DNA of 64,000 nucleotides from a virus. A program made the position numbers and the translations under genes. Below the pieces are notes generated by a model that did no database searches, was not told the origin of the DNA, and saw only the letters and a list, made by a program, of their open reading frames with translations. Position 1 is the stretch's first letter. Each line of letters begins with the position of its first letter. Below, in pieces: positions 9,710 to 17,347 of the stretch. The stretch lies in IMG/VR virus record IMGVR_UViG_3300032334_000335, positions 1-64,000 of that record; one strand, given 5' to 3'.

Positions 9710-11301
9710 GAGCAAGTGATCTAAACTTACCGGAAGGCATGGAAGTCTATGTTGACATGGACGGAGTTGTTGCTGACTTTTTTACAGAATATGCAAAACT
9801 GGCAGGTGTACAATCAGGGAGTTATAGAGATATTCCTCCTGCTAAAGTAGACCCTACATTAGATAAAATGGTAGGCACGGATTTCTTTGCACGTCTTCCT
9901 AAGTTTCCTACAGCAGATAAACTTCTACAGATAGTTGTAGATGCTGCCGGTTCATATAATATCTGCTCTAGTCCACTTCGTGGTGATCACGAAGGTTCAG
10001 CAAAATACAAAAATATATGGATCAAGAAACATCTCAGTCCTCAACCTAAGCATATCTATATTGTTGCTAACAAAGCCAAGTATGCTAAAAATGCTAACGG
10101 ATTACCTAACGTGTTAATCGACGATAGAGGCAGTAATATTTCAGCCTGGGAAGCTGCTGGCGGCATTGGTATCAAATATCAAGCAGACGAAGACAGTCTT
10201 AAAGTTGTATTGGATGGTCTTAAACGTGCTCGACGTGTTGCTCAAGGTGAGCAAGAACACGAACCGCAAAAACTATCTAGTTTAGATCGCGGCAAGATGA
10301 TTGCTGTACATTCAAGCGGTGACAAAGAAGAAAGTATAAATTCAGAAAACTTTGCTGATGGCAAACATCCTGGTCGTAAAGGACTTGCTAAACGCAGTGG
10401 TGTTAACACCAAGGCTAGCGTTAGCAGTCTACGCAACACAGCTAAACACAGTACAGGCGAAAAAGCTCGTATGGCACACTGGCTGGCTAATATGAAAGCT
10501 GGTCGCGCTAAACATGAAGATGTAGAAGAAGCCAAGTTTCCATTTGCAGGAGCAGCAGTCGGCCAAAAAGAAGGTCCCGCTGGACAACTAAAAGCGAAAG
10601 ATCCTAAAGGATATCCTAAAGGTAAGTTAGTTGGCGGTACTGAAGATATTGACAACGAGGGATGGAAAGATGTTGCTGCCGCAGGCGCTCTTGCTACAGG
10701 ATTAGCATTTGGCGGAGCAGGTACGGCTGATGCTAAATCTCAACCAACAACTCATAAGCCCAGTGTTATTCAACAAGTTAGTAAAAAAGACATTGCAAAA
10801 AGTGTAACAGGTAATCCACACGAAGTATTCCTAAGAAAGGCTGCAGAAAAGGCAGGTATAGTAGGACACGAACTTACTGCATTCTTGTCACAGTGTGCGC
10901 ATGAAACTCTTGATTTTAAACATATGAAAGAGATTGGTGGCGGCTTGGATTTCCGTAAATATGATCCTAAATATGCTCCTCGTAAAGCAAAGCAGTTAGG
11001 AAACAAAGACATAGGAGATGGTGCAAAATACAAAGGGCGCGGATACATACAGCTAACAGGACGAGACAACTATAAAAAAGCCGGAGCAGCGTTAGGATTG
11101 CCTTTAGAGAAGCATCCTGAACTAGTTGAAAAACCTGAAATTGCTGCTAAGGTAGCAGTATGGTACTGGAAGAATCGTGTAGCACCTAATGTTGACAGTT
11201 TTAAAGATAACAAAGCAGTAACTAAAACAATCAATCCAGGTATGAAACATTTAGATCAACGTGCTGATAAGCTCAAGTCTTTCCAAGTAGCAATGCGATA
11301 A
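9706..11301 (+). CDS. Fusion: HAD 5'(3')-deoxyribonucleotidase-like domain + linker modules + GH19 lysozyme/chitinase-like domain
   Basis: DMDGVVADF and LIDD HAD motifs; FLSQCAHET, YKGRGYIQLTGRDNY and AVWYW GH19 motifs; start ATG overlaps the upstream TGA. Confidence 0.85.
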   Translation: MRASDLNLPEGMEVYVDMDGVVADFFTEYAKLAGVQSGSYRDIPPAKVDPTLDKMVGTDFFARLPKFPTADKLLQIVVDAAGSYNICSSPLRGDHEGSAKYKNIWIKKHLSPQPKHIYIVANKAKYAKNANGLPNVLIDDRGSNISAWEAAGGIGIKYQADEDSLKVVLDGLKRARRVAQGEQEHEPQKLSSLDRGKMIAVHSSGDKEESINSENFADGKHPGRKGLAKRSGVNTKASVSSLRNTAKHSTGEKARMAHWLANMKAGRAKHEDVEEAKFPFAGAAVGQKEGPAGQLKAKDPKGYPKGKLVGGTEDIDNEGWKDVAAAGALATGLAFGGAGTADAKSQPTTHKPSVIQQVSKKDIAKSVTGNPHEVFLRKAAEKAGIVGHELTAFLSQCAHETLDFKHMKEIGGGLDFRKYDPKYAPRKAKQLGNKDIGDGAKYKGRGYIQLTGRDNYKKAGAALGLPLEKHPELVEKPEIAAKVAVWYWKNRVAPNVDSFKDNKAVTKTINPGMKHLDQRADKLKSFQVAMR

Positions 11302-11304
11302 ATA
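11299..11304 (+). promoter_or_regulatory. T4-like late promoter (TAAATA)
   Basis: GATAAATA-4 nt-ATG. Confidence 0.6.
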
Positions 11305-11308
11305 CAGT

Positions 11309-11488
11309 ATGAAGATTAAAGAACTACTAGAAACAGCAACAGGTGGCGGTACTTCCGCCGGTAACATTGCTGTTGGCCCAGTTTACAACAATAAACCAGC
11401 AAAAACCCTTAAAAACAAGAACGGAACTGCTAAAAACGCCCTTGATTTAAAAGCTAACTTATTGACTGGCGGAAGCATCAAAAGATAA
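11309..11488 (+). CDS. 59-aa protein absent from the ORF track, putative internal head protein
   Basis: MKIKELLETATGGGTSAGNIAVG...GGSIKR*; fills the gap between two TAAATA sites. Confidence 0.7.
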   Translation: MKIKELLETATGGGTSAGNIAVGPVYNNKPAKTLKNKNGTAKNALDLKANLLTGGSIKR

Positions 11489-11491
11489 ATA
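11486..11491 (+). promoter_or_regulatory. T4-like late promoter (TAAATA)
   Basis: GATAAATA-4 nt-ATG. Confidence 0.6.
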
Positions 11492-11495
11492 CATT

Positions 11496-11798
11496 ATGGA
11501 CTTGAAAAATCACGATCATGAAGCAGCGATGGCAAAAGCAGAGTTGGCTCAAATAGCCAAGAACGCTATGGCTGTCTACAAAATGATTCAAGAGGGTGAC
11601 GAACTCGACGGTTGGATCAGCAGCTATATTACAGTAGCCAACGATCATTTAAACTCTGTGCAAGAACATATGGAATATGAAATGCACAAAAAAGATTCGA
11701 TGGAAATGGGTCCAAGAGAATACGAAGAATCATTGCATTATGCAGTAAAAAGCGGCCTTTGCGAACAATGGCTAAAGAAAAAATACCAAGGAAGATGA
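11496..11798 (+). CDS. Hypothetical protein
   Basis: 100 aa; DHEAAMAKAEL...LDGWISSYIT. Confidence 0.7.
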   Translation: MDLKNHDHEAAMAKAELAQIAKNAMAVYKMIQEGDELDGWISSYITVANDHLNSVQEHMEYEMHKKDSMEMGPREYEESLHYAVKSGLCEQWLKKKYQGR

Positions 11799-12799
11799 AC
11801 ATGGATTTCAAATCACTTATTAATAAATTGGATAGCATGGAAGCTCCTCCTTCTACTCCAAAAGCCCCAGAGCTACCAAAGGCAGTTCAACTAAACGAAG
11901 ACGCTCAGTTGCGTGTTCTCAGCGGATTTACTACATACAAAGCAGAAGCTGCTAAAGTAGAAGAAGCTGTTAAAGAAGAAATGAAAGTTGGCGATAAGAA
12001 ACAAATCGCTACAGGTACTGTTGAAAAAACTAAAACAGGTATTGTTCACAAGAGCAATAAGGCCTATGGCGGCAGCGAAGAAAAAGCCGACGACAAAGAT
12101 GACGAGCCAAAAGCCAAGAAAGCTAAAAAAGAATCTGTAGAAGAAGCTTCTGACAAAAAGAAAGCTGCTCAAGAAAAATTCAAAGCAATGATCGCTAAAA
12201 AGAAATCTGTAGATGAATCAGCTAAGGCAGATACAGAAGCAGACAAGAAGAAAAAAGAAGAAAAGAAAAAGAAAATTGCTAAGATTGTTGACGAAGGTTC
12301 TAAACCAGACTTCTTAGATGTCGACGGTGACGGTAACAAGAAAGAGCCATTCAAGAAAGCGGTTGCTGACAAAAAGAAAGCAGGCCCTAAAAAAGTTGAT
12401 GAAGTAAGTGACGCAACTAAAGCATCATATGTTAAGAAAGCATCTGCCGATGTTGGCAAAATGGCTACTGGTGAGAAAGACGGTAGCAAGATGTTGAAGC
12501 GTATGAAAGGCATTGAAAAAGCTCAAGAATCTAAAATGATGCCAAAAGGCAAAAAGCGTCCAGTTAAAGAATCAGTTGAAAACATTTTATCATTTAAAGA
12601 AATGTTAACACTAGTTCGTGAAAGTGGCGGTCAGCAACAAATCGATCCACTCGATCGTGAGTTGTTTGCATGGGCTCAACGTGTTGCTGTTCAAAAGCTA
12701 GGTGAAGGCGTTAAGGCTGATATCTATGCAGGCATGACATACGAGCGCATGGGTGGCAAGTTTGAAATGTACGATGTGCTATCCGAAGATACAAAATAA
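11795..12799 (+). CDS. Lys/Glu-rich protein, putative core/internal head protein
   Basis: Very K/E-rich; many V/L-x-E sites; DFLDVDGDGNKKE motif; start adjusted to the ATGA overlap. Confidence 0.65.
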   Translation: MNMDFKSLINKLDSMEAPPSTPKAPELPKAVQLNEDAQLRVLSGFTTYKAEAAKVEEAVKEEMKVGDKKQIATGTVEKTKTGIVHKSNKAYGGSEEKADDKDDEPKAKKAKKESVEEASDKKKAAQEKFKAMIAKKKSVDESAKADTEADKKKKEEKKKKIAKIVDEGSKPDFLDVDGDGNKKEPFKKAVADKKKAGPKKVDEVSDATKASYVKKASADVGKMATGEKDGSKMLKRMKGIEKAQESKMMPKGKKRPVKESVENILSFKEMLTLVRESGGQQQIDPLDRELFAWAQRVAVQKLGEGVKADIYAGMTYERMGGKFEMYDVLSEDTK

Positions 12800-12817
12800 T
12801 AAAACATTTTGGTAAAC

Positions 12818-12849
12818 AAAAGCCAGTCATAGGTTGACTGGCTTTTTTT
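12818..12849 (+). terminator. Rho-independent terminator ending the late cluster
   Basis: AAAAGCCAGTCA-taggt-TGACTGGCTTTT followed by Ts. Confidence 0.85.
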
Positions 12850-12862
12850 ATGACTATATAAT
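12834..12862 (+). promoter_or_regulatory. Sigma70-type promoter overlapping the terminator
   Basis: TTGACT(12834-39)-17 nt-TATAAT(12857-62). Confidence 0.8.
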
Positions 12863-12883
12863 AGTCTTATAGGAGAGCATATT

Positions 12884-13144
12884 ATGTCTAAAATGTACGG
12901 CGCAGAAGAAAAAGCGAAACTAGAAAGATTAATCAACGAAGGCTCGAATGTACTTCGTGAAGTAGAAGATCTCCAAGAAGGTCTGAAAGAAACAGTTAAA
13001 GCAGTAGCAGAAGAACTACAGATCAAACCAAGTTGGATCAATAAGGCCATCCGTATTGCTCATAAAGACAACTGGAAAGAGCACGAAGGTGAATGGGAAG
13101 AAATTGAAGGCATCCTTGGTGCTGTTAAACGCTTACCAGAATGA
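12884..13144 (+). CDS. Small helical DNA-binding-like protein (T4 DsbA/GapR-like)
   Basis: 86-aa helical protein, EDLQEGLKETVKAVAEELQI..INKAIR pattern; family call tentative. Confidence 0.5.
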   Translation: MSKMYGAEEKAKLERLINEGSNVLREVEDLQEGLKETVKAVAEELQIKPSWINKAIRIAHKDNWKEHEGEWEEIEGILGAVKRLPE

Positions 13145-13434
13145 TTATTGATTTTTTTAAACCTACTATAGATTGGATTCGCGATGACTATAATACCCAT
13201 CCTTTCCGCTTTGTTATTGAGCTTCTTGCTTGGGCGGTCTCTATCGGCTGCTCCATTACAATGGCAGTCACTGTACCCAACCCTCCATTACTTGCTCTTT
13301 ATCCTGTGTGGATCAGCGGTTGTGCTATGTATGCTTGGGCTGCTTATACTAGGAAATCGTTTGGCATGCTGGCTAACTACATCCTGCTGACTACTATTGA
13401 TACTATCGGTCTTGTGAGAATGTTAGTTAACTAA
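13141..13434 (+). CDS. Small membrane protein
   Basis: About three hydrophobic segments in 97 aa. Confidence 0.7.
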   Translation: MIIDFFKPTIDWIRDDYNTHPFRFVIELLAWAVSIGCSITMAVTVPNPPLLALYPVWISGCAMYAWAAYTRKSFGMLANYILLTTIDTIGLVRMLVN

Positions 13435-13451
13435 ATAAACTGAGAAAGGTC

Positions 13452-13505
13452 TGATCAGCCAGGAAATGATCACATTGGTATTTGTGGGCCGTAAATCACA
13501 AGGAG
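13452..13505 (+). promoter_or_regulatory. Twin-hairpin leader abutting the polymerase SD, candidate translational operator
   Basis: TGATCA-GCCAGGAAA-TGATCA and TTGTGG-GCCGTAAA-TCACAA, then AGGAG. Confidence 0.5.
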
Positions 13506-13511
13506 AAAAAT

Positions 13512-16181
13512 ATGAGTTACGTAGATGCTTTCTACAATAGAGAGCAAGACGTTATCAATGTTGTCGAACGTGACGACAAAGGTAACAGACATTTTAAAGA
13601 ATATCCTGCAAGGCATATCTTTTATTACCCTGATCCAAAGGGCAAATATCTTTCAATCAAGGGCGAACCCCTTAGTCGTGTAAGTTCTAAAAACGTTAAA
13701 GAACATCGCAAAGAACTTGCTATCCATTCCAACAAGCGACTGTTTGAAAGTGACATCAATCCAATCTATCGCTGTCTTGAAGACAACTATCTCAATGTTG
13801 ATGCTCCAAAGCTAAATGTAGCGTTCTTCGATATTGAGGTGGACTTCGATCCAGAACGTGGCTATGCGTCACCAGAAGATGCATTTATGCCAATCACTGC
13901 GATCGCTGTTCACTTGCAGTGGATGGACACTATGGTGTGTTTGGCTATTCCTCCAAAGACGCTGTCAATGGCAGAAGCTGAGAAACAGGTTGCTGAGTTT
14001 CCTAACACTATGTTGTTTGATAACGAAGCAAATATGCTAGACACGTTCCTCGATCTCATCAAAGATGCAGATGTGTTAAGCGGTTGGAACAGTGAAGGCT
14101 TTGATATTCCATATACTGTTAATCGTGTTACCAAGGTTCTCAGTAAAGAAGATACACGACGTTTCTGTTTATGGGATCAGTTTCCCAAGAAGCGTGAGTA
14201 TGAAAAATTTGGAAAGACCGCTATAACATATGATCTTGTTGGTCGTGTACACCTAGACAGTCTTGAACTGTATCGCAAGTATACCTATGAAGAACGTCAC
14301 ACCTATCGATTGGATGCTATCGGTGAGATGGAGATCGGTGAAAACAAAACTGTCTACGAAGGCACACTTGATCAGTTATACAATAATGATTTCCGCAAGT
14401 TTATTGAATACAATAGACAAGACTGTGCATTGCTAGACAAACTAGATAAAAAACTAAAGTTCTTGGATCTTGCTAACACACTGGCACATGAATGTACTGT
14501 ATTACTACAGACTACTATGGGTGCTGTTGCTGTTACAGAACAAGCTATTATCAACGAAGCTCATAAGCGTGGCATGATTGTTCCTAATCGTAAGAAGATG
14601 GAAGAACAAGGTGACACACAGGCCGCAGGTGCTTATGTTGCGTATCCAAAGAAAGGCATCCATGAATGGATTGGTTCTCTTGATATTAACAGTCTATATC
14701 CTTCTGCTATTAGGGCTTTGAACATGGGGCCGGAGACCATCGTTGGTCAGTTACGACAAGATGGTACCAAAGCATACATTGAAACAGAGATGGCAAAAGG
14801 CAAATCTTTTGCTTCTGCTTGGGAAGGTATATTCGGTAGTTTAGAATATACAGCAGTTATGGATAGAGACGTTGGACGTGAAATCACTATCGACTGGGAA
14901 GATGGCGGCAGTGATACATTATCGGCAGCACAGGTAAATGATTTAATCTTCGAAAGCAACCAGCCCTGGATGCTGTCAGCGAATGGTACTATCTTCACCT
15001 ACGAGAAAGAAGGTATCATTCCTGGACTGTTAAAGCGTTGGTATGCTGAACGTAAAGACATGCAGGCCAAACTCAAAGACTGTATTAAAGCAGGAAACAA
15101 GATTGAAGAAGAATACTGGGATAAGCGTCAACTCGTTAAAAAGATTAATCTTAATAGCCTTTATGGTGCGATCCTTAATCCTGGTTGCAGGTTTTTCGAT
15201 AATCGTATCGGGCAATCCACTACGTTAACTGGCAGAGCTATTGCTCGACACATGGCCGGTAAAGTCAATGAAATCATAACAGGTGAAAACAATCACATAG
15301 GTAAAGCTATTATCTACGGTGACACAGACTCTTGTTATTTCTCAGCATATACTACGTTAAAAACAGACATTGAAAAAGGTCTTATACCTTGGTCAAAAGA
15401 AAATGTAGTTGATCTTTACGACACCATAGGAGAAGAAGTAAATGGCACATTCCCCAAGTTTATGCAAGATGCTTTCCACTGCCCAAAAACCCGAGGAGAG
15501 GTTATCAAGGCAGGTCGCGAGATTGTTGCTTCCAAAGGATTATTCATCACTAAAAAGCGATACGCAGTTCTCTACTACGACAAAGAAGGAAAACGTGCCG
15601 ATGTCGAAGGTAAACCAGGAAAGATTAAAGCGATGGGGCTTGACCTCAAGCGATCAGATACCCCGGTTGTTATCCAAGACTTCTTGAGCGAAGTGCTGAC
15701 AAAAGTACTTAATGGTGCTGGTAAAGAAGAAGTTCTAGAATATATCGGTGAGTTCCGGACTGAGTTTAAAACTAGGCCTGGTTGGGAGAAAGGTAGTCCC
15801 AAACGTGCTAACAAGATTTCAGAATATCGCGACAAGGAAAAGAAAGCAGGTAAGACTAACATGCCCGGACACGTTCGTGCTAGCCTTAACTGGAATACTT
15901 TGAAGCGCATGATGGATGACAAGTACTCAGTTAACATTACAGATGGTGCCAAAGTCATTGTCTGTAAGATCAAAGATAACCCAATGGGCTATACCTCAGT
16001 TGCCTATCCAGTAGACGAACTGAGATTACCACAATGGTTTAAAGATCTGCCGTTCGACGATGCTGAAATGGAAACAACAGTTATCGACGAAAAGTTAGAA
16101 AACTTGATCGGTGTCTTGGAATGGGACATTAGTTCAACCCGCAATGATAATACATTCAACAAACTATTTGATTTTGAGTGA
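13512..16181 (+). CDS. Family B DNA polymerase
   Basis: Exo DIEV and GWNSEGFD; pol SLDINSLYPS, KINLNSLYG, YGDTDS; start at MSYVDA after AGGAG. Confidence 0.97.
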   Translation: MSYVDAFYNREQDVINVVERDDKGNRHFKEYPARHIFYYPDPKGKYLSIKGEPLSRVSSKNVKEHRKELAIHSNKRLFESDINPIYRCLEDNYLNVDAPKLNVAFFDIEVDFDPERGYASPEDAFMPITAIAVHLQWMDTMVCLAIPPKTLSMAEAEKQVAEFPNTMLFDNEANMLDTFLDLIKDADVLSGWNSEGFDIPYTVNRVTKVLSKEDTRRFCLWDQFPKKREYEKFGKTAITYDLVGRVHLDSLELYRKYTYEERHTYRLDAIGEMEIGENKTVYEGTLDQLYNNDFRKFIEYNRQDCALLDKLDKKLKFLDLANTLAHECTVLLQTTMGAVAVTEQAIINEAHKRGMIVPNRKKMEEQGDTQAAGAYVAYPKKGIHEWIGSLDINSLYPSAIRALNMGPETIVGQLRQDGTKAYIETEMAKGKSFASAWEGIFGSLEYTAVMDRDVGREITIDWEDGGSDTLSAAQVNDLIFESNQPWMLSANGTIFTYEKEGIIPGLLKRWYAERKDMQAKLKDCIKAGNKIEEEYWDKRQLVKKINLNSLYGAILNPGCRFFDNRIGQSTTLTGRAIARHMAGKVNEIITGENNHIGKAIIYGDTDSCYFSAYTTLKTDIEKGLIPWSKENVVDLYDTIGEEVNGTFPKFMQDAFHCPKTRGEVIKAGREIVASKGLFITKKRYAVLYYDKEGKRADVEGKPGKIKAMGLDLKRSDTPVVIQDFLSEVLTKVLNGAGKEEVLEYIGEFRTEFKTRPGWEKGSPKRANKISEYRDKEKKAGKTNMPGHVRASLNWNTLKRMMDDKYSVNITDGAKVIVCKIKDNPMGYTSVAYPVDELRLPQWFKDLPFDDAEMETTVIDEKLENLIGVLEWDISSTRNDNTFNKLFDFE

Positions 16182-16189
16182 TTTAGCTC

Positions 16190-16218
16190 TTGCTTTTCAC
16201 TCACGATCTAAATATAAT
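16190..16218 (+). promoter_or_regulatory. Sigma70-type promoter with overlapping TAAATA
   Basis: TTGCTT-17 nt-TATAAT(16213-18); TAAATA at 16209-14. Confidence 0.55.
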
Positions 16219-16241
16219 CTTAATATACAGGAGAATTCTCA

Positions 16242-16979
16242 ATGAAAGACATTTTACAAGATATCGTATCACATACGCAAAATCTAGGCTTCCTTACTAC
16301 AGTTAAAGTAACAGGCACAGAAGAAAAGACAACCATTAACTCGATGGCGGATGACCGTTCAGTTATTATGGAAGCAGAAACCAGTGCGCCATACGCAGAT
16401 ATGCTAGGTGTATTTGGTATGCCGCAACTTAACAAGTTGAAGTATTTGTTAGACGGTGCTGAATACAAAGACGATGCTAAGATCAGCGTTACCTTTGCAG
16501 AACGCAACGGCGAAACTATTCCAGTTGGCATACACTTTGAAAACAAAGACGGTGACTTTAAAAACGACTATCGTTTTATGAATAGTGAAATCATCAACGA
16601 AAAGATGAAGACTGTCAAGTTCCGTGGTGTTAAGTGGGATGTAGAAGTTGAGCCAACTGTTTCAGCAGTACAGCGTTTCAACTTCCAAGCAGGTGCTAAC
16701 AATGAGCATCCGACATTCCTTGCTAAAACAGACGGCGGTAACTTGAAGTTCATCTTCGGTGATGCTTCAACACACGGTGGCGAGTTTATTTTTGCACAGA
16801 ACGTTGCAGGCAAACTAGATCGCGGTTGGACTTGGCCAGTGTTGCCAATCTTGAGCATTTTAAAGATTGCAGATGTAAACAACACCAAGATGTCGTTGTC
16901 AAATGAAGGTGCTATTCAGATTACTCTTGATAGCGGATTGGCAACTTACAAATATATTATTCCAGCACAAGCTGCCTAA
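16242..16979 (+). CDS. Probable sliding clamp / polymerase processivity factor
   Basis: 245 aa, directly after polB, beta-rich, C-terminal ...YKYIIPA like PCNA/gp45 folds. Confidence 0.6.
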   Translation: MKDILQDIVSHTQNLGFLTTVKVTGTEEKTTINSMADDRSVIMEAETSAPYADMLGVFGMPQLNKLKYLLDGAEYKDDAKISVTFAERNGETIPVGIHFENKDGDFKNDYRFMNSEIINEKMKTVKFRGVKWDVEVEPTVSAVQRFNFQAGANNEHPTFLAKTDGGNLKFIFGDASTHGGEFIFAQNVAGKLDRGWTWPVLPILSILKIADVNNTKMSLSNEGAIQITLDSGLATYKYIIPAQAA

Positions 16980-16981
16980 AT

Positions 16982-17347
16982 ATGATCAAAGGTCTACAAG
17001 GTAATATAGGCATTACAGTCAGTGGTGGCGATACTAGTGTGCCTTATGTTAACAACAATCCTAGTAACCCTATGCAGGGTATGATGCGTATTAATGGCAC
17101 TGACATACAGGTGTTTGATGGCAACTCTTGGTTGAACTTGAGCACCAGCTATGCAACTGTAGGCCTAGATTCCGAAACACAGAATCTGTTGAACTGGGCA
17201 AGGAGTAAACAGAAGCAAGAGATTGACTTACTAGAACTAGCTACAAAAAACGAAGCCGTTCGTATTGCATTAGAAAATGTAAAAAAGGCACAAGATCAAC
17301 TTACTATAACAGCACATTTATCGAGAGACCATGAAACAACCAGTTAA
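16982..17347 (+). CDS. Hypothetical protein
   Basis: 121-aa ORF in operon. Confidence 0.65.
   Translation: MIKGLQGNIGITVSGGDTSVPYVNNNPSNPMQGMMRINGTDIQVFDGNSWLNLSTSYATVGLDSETQNLLNWARSKQKQEIDLLELATKNEAVRIALENVKKAQDQLTITAHLSRDHETTS

Noticed and set aside
13512-16181. Intein or intron in the DNA polymerase
   Set aside because: Length is normal and motifs are contiguous, with no splice-junction or LAGLIDADG signatures
16977-16982. TAAATA as a late promoter for 16982
   Set aside because: It overlaps the start codon itself, so it cannot transcribe that ATG; likely a chance stop/start junction
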